A stretch of 64,000 nucleotides of DNA from Planctomycetota bacterium. GTDB taxonomy: Bacteria > Planctomycetota > SZUA-567 > H5-PLA8. Made by a program: the position numbers and the translations under genes. This document shows, piece by piece, positions 52,268 to 61,807 of this stretch. The DNA is taken from contig JBBRPR010000003.1 of NCBI GenBank assembly GCA_038227875.1, positions 160,001 through 224,000 of the forward strand. The letters are read 5' to 3'. The notes beneath the pieces are model-generated. The model saw only the letters and a program-made list of their open reading frames with translations, did not search any database and was not told the origin of the DNA. Position 1 is the first letter of the stretch; every line of letters begins with the position of its first letter.

Positions 52268-52588
52268 TCAGCTCTTGTAGGCGATCCCATGCTTCTTCAT
52301 CCACGTCTTCAAATCCGCTTCGCGAATGGCAACCAGTGTTCCTAATGTCACACTGGGCATGCCTTCTTCGCGCCAGAGGCGGACCTGTTCGGTGGTCAGG
52401 TCGTACTTGCGCCGCGCGTCGCCGATCGAGAGGGTGCCTTTGGGGCGCTTGAGCTTTCCCTTGGGGCGGCCGGGGTTTTTGGAGATGAAGTACGGGCTTT
52501 CCGTGTGGTGCCACTGCACCAGCTTCTCAGCGGCAATGCCGGTGGATTGAGCGATCTTCAGCAGGTCTTTGTAATCCATCGTGTCCAA
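52268..52588 (-). CDS. Small putative DNA-binding protein (excisionase/MerR-like HTH)
   Basis: GRPKG plus LSIGDARRKYDLTTEQVRLWREEGMP...IREADLKTW. Confidence 0.55.
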   Translation of the reverse strand: MDTMDYKDLLKIAQSTGIAAEKLVQWHHTESPYFISKNPGRPKGKLKRPKGTLSIGDARRKYDLTTEQVRLWREEGMPSVTLGTLVAIREADLKTWMKKHGIAYKS

Positions 52589-52718
52589 GGTCCAGGCGAC
52601 TTAAAGCGAAGATGCGGGTCAGAGTGTTCACCGCACCGAAACTAGACGCCTGTAGCCTACAAAACCTGCTCGAAATTCGCACGAGTAATTTGGTGAGATT
52701 TTTAATTAATCGTCTGGA

Positions 52719-53756
52719 TCAGTAAAATTCGTTCAAATGAACCGTGCCGTTGGGCGCCGACTTCACCGCATCGACCACGCGCAAGGCCGCCACCGCAGCG
52801 TCATTCCCATTGCTGGGAATTCGATGCTCTACAATCGCGTCGGCGAATTCGCGGATCTCTCCGGCGTAACCGTTGAGGAAAAGCGAATTCTGGCCCATGT
52901 TCGGGAGGGCAAAATCCGGCCGCCAGATTTTGATGTCGGCGAGCTCGAACTCCGGCCGGATCGCAGCCAGTTCCGGCGCCAGCACGTCGACGCCGCTTAA
53001 ACCGGCCGTGTGCACTTCCAGTTGCGTGACGTTGTCGACATAAATACAGCCGTCCTTCCCGCCGATCACGCCGTTGAGCTCCACGCGTTCCTGGATGCGC
53101 GGGCCGTGGCAGCCGAGCATCAACTGCGCCCACTTGCCGGAAGTGAAGTGCAGAGTCAGGCCCAGCGACAGGGCTTTGCCGCTGTCGTAGCTGACCGAAG
53201 TCACGCTCTGGACGTCGCCGAAGATGCTGATGGCCAGATCGATCGGGTGGATGGCCATGAACAGCAGCAGGCCGTTGAGGTTGTTGCCGGCCCAATGCGT
53301 GTAGCGAAAGGACCCGCTGGAGGGCACGCATTCTCCGGACGCGATCATGCTTAGGATTTTGGCGTAGGTCAGCGCGAAGCGTTTCATGAAGCCGGCCATG
53401 ATGAAGGTGTCGTGCGCTTTGGCCAGCGCCACCAGTTCCGCGGCCAGGCGCGCGCTGGGGGCGGGCGGTTTTTCCACAAAAAGGGGAATCCCGCGCGCGA
53501 GCACTTTCTTTCCCAGCTCGTAATGGAGCGAATCAGCGCCGACGATCAGGACGCCATCGAGCGATTCGTCGGCCAGCATCTTCTCGGCATCGGTGTAGAC
53601 GTTGGGCGCGCCGAAGATTCGCGCGTTGCGTCGCGCCAGATCTTCATTGAGATCGCAGACGGCCTGCAATTGGCAGCGGGCGTATTTCAGAGCGGGGTAG
53701 ATGTTGTTCGTCGAATGCGTGCCACAGCCGATGAAGCCGAGTTTTGCCACAGACAT
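52719..53756 (-). CDS. Gfo/Idh/MocA oxidoreductase
   Basis: GFIGCG, AVCD, FVEKP, GFMKRF and HPID. Confidence 0.9.
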   Translation of the reverse strand: MSVAKLGFIGCGTHSTNNIYPALKYARCQLQAVCDLNEDLARRNARIFGAPNVYTDAEKMLADESLDGVLIVGADSLHYELGKKVLARGIPLFVEKPPAPSARLAAELVALAKAHDTFIMAGFMKRFALTYAKILSMIASGECVPSSGSFRYTHWAGNNLNGLLLFMAIHPIDLAISIFGDVQSVTSVSYDSGKALSLGLTLHFTSGKWAQLMLGCHGPRIQERVELNGVIGGKDGCIYVDNVTQLEVHTAGLSGVDVLAPELAAIRPEFELADIKIWRPDFALPNMGQNSLFLNGYAGEIREFADAIVEHRIPSNGNDAAVAALRVVDAVKSAPNGTVHLNEFY

Positions 53757-53793
53757 GGTGTTTGCCTTTCAGTAGAGAGAGTCAGAACGGGAG

Positions 53794-54585
53794 TCAGGAT
53801 TCGTGATTTTGTTTCAGCAGCCGCTGGAGGTACTCCCGACCGTCCCGCGCGTAGCGGTCGGCGTTTTCCGTGTCGTGGACTTCCAGTTCCTGGCTGAAAA
53901 ACCCGCGGTACCCGGCGGCGGTAAGTTCCCGCACGACGCCGGCGTTGTCGGTCTCGCCGGCGCCCAGCGCGACGGATTGCGTGCCGAGGTGATCTTTGAC
54001 GTGGACGTGAAAAACCCGCGGCGCAAACCGGCGCGCGATGGCGACGGGGTCGACGCGGGCGGAGGTGAAATGGCCGGTATCCAGCGTCATGCCGATCTGC
54101 GGCGAGGGGCAGTGCGCGAAGAGACGCTCGTAGTCTGCGGCGAACTGGATCGAATTGCCGTACTGGTTTTCCAGCGCGAGCTTGACGGACGTGCCTTCCA
54201 GGCAGCGCGCCAGTTCGTCCAGCGATTCGAGAAACGGTTCGAACGGTTCGCTGGCGCGATCCGGCCCGCCTTCGACCAGGATTTCGCAGTGGAGCTGCTG
54301 CGCAAAATCGAGAGCGAGCTTGGCGTAATCGGTGAGCGTGCGGCGGCGCGCTTCGGTGGGCGTCATGATCGCGCCGAGGTGGATGGCCGCCAGGGACAGG
54401 CCCGCGTCGGAAAGTTCTCCGGCCAGATCGCCGGGCTGGAAAGTGCGCAGATCGCCATGGATGCTCCAGACTTCCACCGGCATCAGCAGCAGCTCGATCG
54501 CGTCGAAGCCGGCGGCCTTCGCTTTTTTCAGCACCGTGGCGCGATCGTCGCGAGCCCAGCAGATGGAAGAGGCGGCAATTTTCAT
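53794..54585 (-). CDS. Sugar phosphate isomerase/epimerase (TIM barrel)
   Basis: GFDAIEL, LALEN, LDTGHF, HVHVKD, LGAG and GYRGFFSQELE. Confidence 0.88.
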   Translation of the reverse strand: MKIAASSICWARDDRATVLKKAKAAGFDAIELLLMPVEVWSIHGDLRTFQPGDLAGELSDAGLSLAAIHLGAIMTPTEARRRTLTDYAKLALDFAQQLHCEILVEGGPDRASEPFEPFLESLDELARCLEGTSVKLALENQYGNSIQFAADYERLFAHCPSPQIGMTLDTGHFTSARVDPVAIARRFAPRVFHVHVKDHLGTQSVALGAGETDNAGVVRELTAAGYRGFFSQELEVHDTENADRYARDGREYLQRLLKQNHES

Positions 54586-54605
54586 GGGGTGAAGCTCCTG
54601 AGAGG

Positions 54606-54683
54606 GCGGGATTCGGGAATCGGGATTCGGCATTCGAAACGGCGGGGAGCGGCGAATCCCGATTCCCCACTCCCGAATCCCGC
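54606..54683. repeat. Inverted-repeat element, heptamer GGGAATC/GATTCCC
   Basis: GCGGGATTCGGGA...TCCCGAATCCCGC in the divergent promoter gap. Confidence 0.8.
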
Positions 54684-54707
54684 TTCTCGATCCATATCTT
54701 CCCTTGC

Positions 54708-55550
54708 ATGGCGTTCAGCGAACAGAATCACGATACCCCATGGACATTCGTCCCGTCCATGGTTGCGCTTGCACGGAACATATATAAAATTGCGGTGATG
54801 AAAAAGCGCGCGGCCGAACCACATCCGGATTTCAGCTTTGTGGCGTATGCCACGATCACGCACCACCGCGGCTGGCGCTACCCGTTTCACCGTCACGCAC
54901 ACCACGAAGTGATCGCCGTGGAGAGCGGCGCGATGACCGTGGAGATGAATGGAACGCTCTACCGCGCCCGCGCCGGCGATGTCCTCTTCTACCGCGCGGG
55001 GATGGCTCACAAGGAGGACGCCGAGGTCAAGGCGCTGGCGACGACGCTGTGCCTGTCCTATTCCGGTGAAGCGTTCGTTGGTGAGATTCTTCCGCAGACC
55101 AAAGACCGCTCCGGCCGCGTGCGCCAGATGCTGCGCTGGATCCACGACGACATGAACCTGCCCGCCGAATCTCGCGGCGCGCGTGGCACGGCCCTGATCG
55201 CCGCTCTCGTCGCCGAACTCGCGTTTCTAGCTCAGCCCCGCGATGACCCGCTGGTTGAAGGCACTCGCCGCTACGCCCGCGAACACCTGGCGGAAAAAAT
55301 CACGCTCGACGACCTGGCCTTGCAGGCCGGCATGAGCAAATACCACTACCTGCGCCGCTACCACGCGCTGACCGGCCTGACCCCGATGCTCGACGTCCGC
55401 CGCCAGCGCCTGGAACACGCCCGCAACCTGATCGTCTCCACGTCCTGGCCCTTGCGCGTGATCGCCGATCGCGCCGGTTTCAACACCGAATTCCACCTCG
55501 CCAAGCTCTTCCGGCAGCATCTGGGGATCACACCGAGTTCCCTGCGGTAG
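54708..55550 (+). CDS. AraC-family transcriptional regulator (start uncertain)
   Basis: HRHAHHE cupin motif; ITLDDLALQAGMSKYH...IADRAGF...GITP. Confidence 0.88.
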   Translation: MAFSEQNHDTPWTFVPSMVALARNIYKIAVMKKRAAEPHPDFSFVAYATITHHRGWRYPFHRHAHHEVIAVESGAMTVEMNGTLYRARAGDVLFYRAGMAHKEDAEVKALATTLCLSYSGEAFVGEILPQTKDRSGRVRQMLRWIHDDMNLPAESRGARGTALIAALVAELAFLAQPRDDPLVEGTRRYAREHLAEKITLDDLALQAGMSKYHYLRRYHALTGLTPMLDVRRQRLEHARNLIVSTSWPLRVIADRAGFNTEFHLAKLFRQHLGITPSSLR

Positions 55551-55676
55551 CCGGATAGCAAGGGTTTAAAAAAGTATACAATCGTAGCCCGAAAAAAATC
55601 GCCCGCGGATTTCGCTCAAGGATTAAACGTTTTTAAACGATTCCTTACTTTAAGCTTTAACCTGCGAGGATCCGCC

Positions 55677-56300
55677 ATGGCCGACGTTCAGCTCCGCACG
55701 TACTGTTTTCTCGACAGCATGCAGCCCCAGTTCGCATCGCTGGAAGCCTCGACGGCTCAGGGCTTTCTCCCCGTCACCGGCCAGGCGGCGCTCTATGTTG
55801 AAGTCGGCCCGGGCATGGCCGTGCAGCGGCTGATGGACATCGCCTGCAAATCCACGGCGGTGATGCCCGGCACGCTGGTGGTCGAGCGCTCCTTTGGGCT
55901 GATGGAAGTCCATCACGACGACCAGGGCGAAGTGCAGCAGGCCGGCGCGGCGGTGCTTGCGGCGCTGGGCTTGAAGGAAATTCAACGCATCAAGCCGCGC
56001 GTGACGACCAGCACGATCATCCGCAAGGTCACCGATTACCACACGATGCTGATCAACCGTTCGCGCCGCGGCAACATGCTGCTCGGCGGCCAGACGCTTT
56101 ACATTTTGGAAGTCGAACCCGCCGCGTACGTGACGCTGGCGGCCAACGAAGCGGAAAAAGCCAGCCACGTCAACCTGCTGGAACTGCGCGGCGTCGGCGC
56201 CTTCGGCCGCTTGTTCCTCGGCGGTGATGAAGCCGACGTCGTCGTCGCCGCGGAAGCCGCGGAAGCGGCGATCAAGGCGGTGACGGGAGCGGAGAAGTGA
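55677..56300 (+). CDS. BMC shell protein, tandem-domain BMC-T (CcmP-like)
   Basis: LRTYCFLDSMQPQ, EVGPG, VVERSFGLME, AANEAEKA and GAFGRL. Confidence 0.93.
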   Translation: MADVQLRTYCFLDSMQPQFASLEASTAQGFLPVTGQAALYVEVGPGMAVQRLMDIACKSTAVMPGTLVVERSFGLMEVHHDDQGEVQQAGAAVLAALGLKEIQRIKPRVTTSTIIRKVTDYHTMLINRSRRGNMLLGGQTLYILEVEPAAYVTLAANEAEKASHVNLLELRGVGAFGRLFLGGDEADVVVAAEAAEAAIKAVTGAEK

Positions 56301-56396
56301 AGGACTGAGGACTGAGGAGAACCGCCGCTGACGCGGGTTTTTCCAACCGGGAAATTTTTAAGCGAAGCGCCGCGCTGTAACCTCAGTCCTTCTGTT
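56301..56396. repeat. Inverted-repeat element, heptamer ACTGAGG/CCTCAGT
   Basis: AGGACTGAGGACTGAGG...CCTCAGTCCT. A related solo arm lies at 42001-42030, sharing CCTCAGTCCTTCTGTTA. Confidence 0.7.
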
Positions 56397-56437
56397 AAAA
56401 ACGACAAAGTGCACCACAAACACGGGAGACACACCAC

Positions 56438-56728
56438 ATGGCAGACGCCCTCGGCATGATCGAAACGCGCGGATTCGCGGCGCTGGTGGAAGCCAGCGAT
56501 GCGATGGTCAAGGCGGCGAAGGTCGACTTGATTGGCTTTGAAAAAATTGGCGGCGGCTACGTCACGGCCATCGTGCGCGGCGATGTCGCGGCGGTCAAGG
56601 CGGCGACGGAAGCCGGCGCGCGGGCGGCGGAAGCCATCGGCGAAGTCGTCAGCGTCCACATCATCCCGCGGCCGCACGTCAACGTCGACGAGGTCCTGCC
56701 GCTGGGCCGCAAGTCCGCCAAGAAGTAA
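56438..56728 (+). CDS. BMC shell hexamer BMC-H (EutM/PduA/CcmK family)
   Basis: [32 protein letters not shown] and IPRPH. Confidence 0.97.
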   Translation: MADALGMIETRGFAALVEASDAMVKAAKVDLIGFEKIGGGYVTAIVRGDVAAVKAATEAGARAAEAIGEVVSVHIIPRPHVNVDEVLPLGRKSAKK

Positions 56729-56816
56729 GACTGGCTTCCGCTGCGTGTCAGTCTGACTTTCGGGCCACGTGGCCCGAAGGTCGGGCCGCTGTGTCACCGG
56801 ACTTCCGAGGTGTTCG

Positions 56817-58448
56817 ATGCAACTGGACGACAGCAAAGTCGCGGAACTGGTCTCACGCGTGGTGGCTCGCTTGAAGCAAAACGGGGCGGCGCCATCGCTG
56901 GCCAAGGCGCCAGCACCGAAAGTCGCACACGCTCCGGCAGCGGAGCACACCGGGAGTACCAACTGGGTGCGTTCCAAACCCGCGCGTGCCGACGATCGGC
57001 CCATCCAGCGCAAGACGGGTTTCTCGTCCTCAGGACCCACTCCCGCGGTCGCGAAAAAAACGGCTGCGCCTGCTTCGACGTCAGCACCCACGGTCGCGAA
57101 GGCTGCTCCGGCCACCGGCGACGGCGTGTATACCGATGTCGATGCCGCCTGCCGCGCGGCCGAACGTTCCTATCAGGAACTCACCAAGCTCGGCTTCAAC
57201 GCGCGCTTCAAACTGATCGAAGTTTTCCGCGCCGCGGCGCTGGCCAACATCGAACGCTGGTCGGTGGAAGCCGCGCGCGAAACCGGCATGGGCCGCGCTG
57301 AGGACAAGCTCAAGAAAAACCGTCTCGTCACGCTGCGCACGCCCGGCCCGGAAATCCTGGTCAACCCCACGACCTTCGCCGGCAGCGACGGCATCACCAG
57401 CATCCGACTCGACCCCTGGGGCGTGATCGCCTCGATCATTCCCTGCACCAATTCCACCGAGACGGTGATCAACAACGGCATCGGAATGCTCGCCGCCGGC
57501 AACGCGGTGGTCTTCAATCCGCACCCGGTCGCGAAGAAAATTTCCTGCGACGCCGTCCGGACGCTCAACCAGGCATTGTCCGCCGCCGGATTTCCCAAGG
57601 AACTGCTCTGCATCCTCGCCGAACCGACCGTCGAGTCGGCAAACGCGCTGATGAAACACCCGCTCACGGGCATGGTCCTGGTCACTGGCGGCGGAGCCGT
57701 CGTCGACGTGGCGATGAAGTGCGGCAAGCGTGCCGTCTGCGCCGGGCCGGGCAACCCGCCCTCGGTGGTCGACGAAACCGCGTGTCTCGACCGCGCCGCC
57801 AAGGCGCTGGTCTCCGGCGCCTCGCTGGACAACAACGTCGTCTGCACCGACGAGAAAGCCGTCATCGCCGTCGCCTCCATCGCCGACGCGCTGAAACAGA
57901 AAATGCTCGCCCGGGATTGCGTCGAAGTCACTGGCGCGAACATCGAAAAGCTGACGAAGATCATCCTGAGCGATCCGGGCAGCCCGACGCATCACGGTAT
58001 GACCAACAAGAAATTCGTCGGCAAGAATCCCTCGGTGATCCTGCGCGAAATCGGCATGAACGTCGACGACCGCGTGCGCCTGGCGATCGTCGACGTCGAG
58101 AAGGATCACCCGTTGATCTGGACCGAGCAGCTGATGCCCGTGCTGCCGATCTGCCGCGTCAAGGACGCCGACGAGGCGATCACCTTCGCCGCCGCCGTCG
58201 AAGGTGGACGCCGCCACACCGCGTCGATCCATTCGCAGCGATTGGACCGCATCACGCGCTTCGCCAACACGCTGAACTGCTCGATCTGCGTCGCCAACGA
58301 TTCCAACTACGCGGGCTTGGGGCTCAACGGCGAGGGCTACACCAGTTTCTCGATCGCCACGCCGACGGGCGAAGGCCTGACGACCGCGCGCACGTTCTGC
58401 CGCGAGCGGCGGCTGGCGGTGTGCGGGGGAGGGCTGGGGAGGGGCTAA
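56817..58448 (+). CDS. BMC-type acylating aldehyde dehydrogenase (EutE/PduP family) with N-terminal encapsulation peptide
   Basis: [43 protein letters not shown] and TPTGEG; N-terminal [12 protein letters not shown]. Confidence 0.93.
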   Translation: MQLDDSKVAELVSRVVARLKQNGAAPSLAKAPAPKVAHAPAAEHTGSTNWVRSKPARADDRPIQRKTGFSSSGPTPAVAKKTAAPASTSAPTVAKAAPATGDGVYTDVDAACRAAERSYQELTKLGFNARFKLIEVFRAAALANIERWSVEAARETGMGRAEDKLKKNRLVTLRTPGPEILVNPTTFAGSDGITSIRLDPWGVIASIIPCTNSTETVINNGIGMLAAGNAVVFNPHPVAKKISCDAVRTLNQALSAAGFPKELLCILAEPTVESANALMKHPLTGMVLVTGGGAVVDVAMKCGKRAVCAGPGNPPSVVDETACLDRAAKALVSGASLDNNVVCTDEKAVIAVASIADALKQKMLARDCVEVTGANIEKLTKIILSDPGSPTHHGMTNKKFVGKNPSVILREIGMNVDDRVRLAIVDVEKDHPLIWTEQLMPVLPICRVKDADEAITFAAAVEGGRRHTASIHSQRLDRITRFANTLNCSICVANDSNYAGLGLNGEGYTSFSIATPTGEGLTTARTFCRERRLAVCGGGLGRG

Positions 58449-58450
58449 CA

Positions 58451-58615
58451 GCATTGCGGATTTCGGATTGCGGATTGCGGATTGGACGGCGCCGCTCGGT
58501 TGTGTGTCCGGACGCCGAAGCTTTGAGAGGACGGATTTGTGGAACGTAAAAGCGCTGTGAAGTTTTCGACTCTCGCGGTTCCAATCCGCAATCCGCAATC
58601 CGAAATCCGCAATGC
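58451..58615. repeat. Inverted-repeat element, heptamer GATTGCG/CGCAATC
   Basis: Perfect 36-nt arms at 58451-58486 and 58580-58615. Confidence 0.95.
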
Positions 58616-58618
58616 CCT

Positions 58619-59152
58619 TCAAGCCACTGCCACCACGACAATGGACGCAATCAGAATGACCAGCGCCACCGACAACTTCACCGCGACGCCGACGGCTCGG
58701 CCGAGTACCGCGCCGAAGGCGACCTGCAGGTTGGGGTCGAGTTTTTTCTGGTGGCGCATTTCGCCGAGGATCGCGCCGACGAAGGTGCCGATGAACGAGG
58801 CGACGACCGAACCGATCACGGGAATTGGCACCAGCCCGCCGAAGAAGGCTCCACCAAAGCCGCCGATCAGCGCGCCCCACGCGGCGGATTTCGAACCGCC
58901 GAATTGCTTCGAACCGAATTGGCCGGCCAGCAGATCGATGCCTTCAGCGACCAGACCGACGAGAAAAAATCCGGCCACCCAGTACCACGGCATCATTTTA
59001 CCGCTAGTGCCCATGCAGAGGATAAACGCGGCGGCGGCCTGCACCAGCGGACCGGGCAGACCGAAGGGCACGATGAAAACGCCGGCGAGCTGCACCAGGA
59101 AGAAGCCGATCAGCGCGAGGCTGCCGGCGAGTACGTGGAGGAAGTTTTGCAT
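58619..59152 (-). CDS. DUF456-family membrane protein
   Basis: PFGLPG, KQFGGSKSAAWGALIGG, PIPVIGS and GAILGE. Confidence 0.8.
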   Translation of the reverse strand: MQNFLHVLAGSLALIGFFLVQLAGVFIVPFGLPGPLVQAAAAFILCMGTSGKMMPWYWVAGFFLVGLVAEGIDLLAGQFGSKQFGGSKSAAWGALIGGFGGAFFGGLVPIPVIGSVVASFIGTFVGAILGEMRHQKKLDPNLQVAFGAVLGRAVGVAVKLSVALVILIASIVVVAVA

Positions 59153-59240
59153 CGTCGTCGCTGCCCGAATGGAACCTTACGCAGAGTACCGCCGCCCGGG
59201 CCGCTCACCAACTGGAATTAACGGAAGCTGGAATTAACAG

Positions 59241-60014
59241 ATGTCGCTGACCCAAGTTCCCTGGACCGAACGCGAACTGCGCAAGCAGATCGTCAAAGCG
59301 TGCACCGCTCTGGCGCGCAAGAATCTTGTCGCGGCCACCGATGGCAACGTCTCCGCGCGGCTGGGCTACGACCGGGTGCTGGTGACGCCGTCGAACGTCA
59401 ACAAAGGCGAAGTCGGCGAGCTCGACATTCTGCTCTGCGACATGGACGGCCGCAAAGTCCGCGGGCGCGGCGAGTCGAGCAGCGAAGTCCACGTCCATCT
59501 CGCCGCTTACCGCAACCGCGAAGACATCCACGCCGTGGTTCATGCGCATCCACCGGTCGCCACCGCGTTCACCTTCGCGGGCCTGGCGGAAATCTTTCGC
59601 ACGCCGATCATCCCGGAGGTCGTAGCGCAGATCGGCCCGATTCCGTGCGTACCCTACATTCAGCCCGGCACGCGCGAACTGGCGGAAGCCGTGGGCAAGG
59701 CCTTTCGCGATTGCGACATCGTGATGATGGCTCAGCACGGCGCGGCCACCGGCGCGAAGGATCCGTGGTCGGCCTACCTGCGCATGGAGAAGCTCGAACA
59801 CTTCGCCACCATTGTGAAAACCGCGCGCGAACTGGCCGCCAGCGCCGGGCAGGAGATCCGGACCTTGAGCGACGCGCAGGTCGACGCGCTGCGCGCCGGG
59901 TACGGAAAAGGGAAATTGAAAAGCAGTAGTGTCCCAACGGAAGTAAGCAGCGATGCGATGGTCGAACGAATCGCCGCCGCTGTTCTTGCAAGGATGGGAA
60001 GGGCGGCCGGTTGA
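59241..60014 (+). CDS. Class II aldolase/adducin family (FucA-like) with C-terminal encapsulation peptide
   Basis: DGNVSAR, TPS, SSE..H, VVHAHPP and QHG; C-terminal MVERIAAAVLARM. Confidence 0.92.
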   Translation: MSLTQVPWTERELRKQIVKACTALARKNLVAATDGNVSARLGYDRVLVTPSNVNKGEVGELDILLCDMDGRKVRGRGESSSEVHVHLAAYRNREDIHAVVHAHPPVATAFTFAGLAEIFRTPIIPEVVAQIGPIPCVPYIQPGTRELAEAVGKAFRDCDIVMMAQHGAATGAKDPWSAYLRMEKLEHFATIVKTARELAASAGQEIRTLSDAQVDALRAGYGKGKLKSSSVPTEVSSDAMVERIAAAVLARMGRAAG

Positions 60015-60163
60015 GAATTGGTGCCAGTGTGATCGCGCGAGAATGGAACTCGGTTGTGTGGCGTTGTGATCGGGAAGTTCGCGAACGACAGCGTTGGATA
60101 CATTCATGAGAACCCGCCCTATGCGAAGCTCCAAAGAACATCCGCTCTCGGAACGCGCCACTC

Positions 60164-60597
60164 CCAAGAGCCAAGAGCCAGGAGCCAAGAGCTGCCCCAC
60201 AATCATGACCATCGAACAGGTCGCCGCCTATCTGCAGCTCCATCCGCAGGTCGTTTACCGCCACGTGCGTGCCGGGACTCTGCCAGCCAGCCGCATTGGG
60301 CGGACGATCCGATTTAAGAAGTCGGTGCTCGACGAATTTCTGGAAAAAGGCGCGTGGGAATTTGCTCATCAGTATCTTACGTACCTGGCGCGCGTGAAGT
60401 CCGGCAGCGTGTCCGTTGCCGGTGAGATGCCGAAACCCGCGACCCTCACTGCCCGCGCCACTAGCGCCGCCGTGCCGATGGCATCACAGACTCCGCCGGA
60501 AATTCCGGACGCACTCAAGCAATTCTCCGCGGACATCGACTAACCATGGCGCACCGCCCAGCCACCCCCAAAAGCCAAGAGCCAAGAGCCAGGAGCC
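60164..60597 (+). repeat. Two direct arrays of heptamer CCAAGAG bracketing the HTH gene
   Basis: Four units at 60164-60192 and four units at 60568-60597. Confidence 0.85.
60205..60543 (+). CDS. Excisionase-type HTH (HTH_17) DNA-binding protein
   Basis: MTIEQVAAYLQLHPQVVYRHVRAGTLPASRIGRTIRFKKSVLDEFL. Confidence 0.85.
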   Translation: MTIEQVAAYLQLHPQVVYRHVRAGTLPASRIGRTIRFKKSVLDEFLEKGAWEFAHQYLTYLARVKSGSVSVAGEMPKPATLTARATSAAVPMASQTPPEIPDALKQFSADID

Positions 60598-60603
60598 ACC
60601 CAC

Positions 60604-60864
60604 ATGATCCTCGGTAAAATCGTCGGCACCGTCACCTCCACGCGTAAACAGGAGACGCTGGGCGGCTTCAAATTCCTGCTGATCCAGAAGCGCATGAAGC
60701 AGGGCGACGGCGATGCCGCGCTGGGCGAAATGTTCGTCGCGGTGGACCTCACCGGCGCGGGCACCGGCGAAGAAGTCATCGTCGCCACCGGCCGCGCCGC
60801 GCGCATCGCGATGGGCAAGGAGGATCTGCCAATTGACGCCGCGGTGATTGGGATTGTGGATTAG
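60604..60864 (+). CDS. BMC vertex pentamer BMC-P (EutN/CcmL family)
   Basis: MILGKIVGTVTSTRK, VAVDLTGAGTGE, GRAAR and PIDAAVIGIVD. Confidence 0.96.
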   Translation: MILGKIVGTVTSTRKQETLGGFKFLLIQKRMKQGDGDAALGEMFVAVDLTGAGTGEEVIVATGRAARIAMGKEDLPIDAAVIGIVD

Positions 60865-61028
60865 CGGCGCGAAAATCTTCCGCCGCCGCCGCGACCGCCT
60901 TGCACAGTCAAGAGTTCTCCCTGCTCATGCGGCGGCCTGATTGCATACGCACGCGTCCCGAATCCCGTATCCCCAATCACGGCCGTTATTCACTTCACCC
61001 CGCGCGCATTTTCGATAAGACATTCCCC

Positions 61029-61631
61029 ATGCATGTCATGACTGAAAACGAGATCCGCAATGTCGCCAGCCGTATCGAAGCGGGTGGGACCTTCACTGTT
61101 CCGCCGGAGACGATCCTGACGCCGCTGGCGCGCGATTACCTCCATGGGCGCGGGATTCAGGTCGTCGATCAGCACGGCGGAAAGTCGCACGCAAAGCCCG
61201 CCGCGTCCGCGCCGTCGTCCGATGACGCGCTGGTCAGCGCCGTCGCCGACGAAGTCAGCCGCATCCTTCGCGAACAGCAGGCGCCGCAGGGAAAGTCAGC
61301 CGCGCCCGCCGATCCCGCAGCCGTGGTGGCGCGCAAGACCATCGCCGGTGAAGGCACGTCCAACCGCGCCGTAGTCTGGGCGATCGGCGGCGACCGGCCG
61401 GGCATTCTCGCCGACGTCGCGGAACTCCTCAGTCGCCACAAGGCCAACATTCTCGAAATCAACCAGACCATCCTCAGCGGCGTCTTCGCCATGGTCGTAA
61501 TCGTGGACCTCAAAGGCGTCACGCTGGCCTTCGCGGAATTCAAGGCGGAGCTCGAAGCGCTCGGCAAGAAGCTGGGTGTGAATCTCTCGGCGCAGCGGGA
61601 TGAGATTTTTCAGTACATGCATCGAGTGTGA
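61029..61631 (+). CDS. ACT-domain protein (UPF0237/COG3830-type) with BMC-type N-terminal extension
   Basis: C-terminal GGDRPGILADV...NILEINQTI...FAM...QRDEIFQYMHRV; N-terminal MTENEI...ILTPLARD; amphipathic LVSAVADEVSRIL. Confidence 0.85.
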   Translation: MHVMTENEIRNVASRIEAGGTFTVPPETILTPLARDYLHGRGIQVVDQHGGKSHAKPAASAPSSDDALVSAVADEVSRILREQQAPQGKSAAPADPAAVVARKTIAGEGTSNRAVVWAIGGDRPGILADVAELLSRHKANILEINQTILSGVFAMVVIVDLKGVTLAFAEFKAELEALGKKLGVNLSAQRDEIFQYMHRV

Positions 61632-61636
61632 CGGGG

Positions 61637-61722
61637 AGTTTTGAAATTTGAGTTTTCAGTTTTGAGTTGTGTGGCGACCGGCGATAGCACAACTCAAAAC
61701 TAAAAACTCACAACTAAAAACT
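61637..61722. repeat. Inverted-repeat element, heptamer GAGTTTT/AAAACTC
   Basis: Arms 61637-61671 and 61688-61722. Confidence 0.85.
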
Positions 61723-61807
61723 GCCCTACCGATCCCGCACTGGGTTTGTGCGGCGTATGGAGTAATCTATTTTCATGCGCGCAGGATGGCGTTTGGGAGC
61801 GGAAACT

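Noticed and set aside
52268..52588. Prophage or integrative element suggested by excisionase-like HTH genes
   Set aside because: No integrase, att-associated tRNA or phage genes were recognised in the window.
57081..58880. 599-aa minus-strand ORF (and similarly 40441..42081)
   Set aside because: They are antisense to the aldehyde dehydrogenase and the kinase-fold gene respectively, with no recognisable domain.
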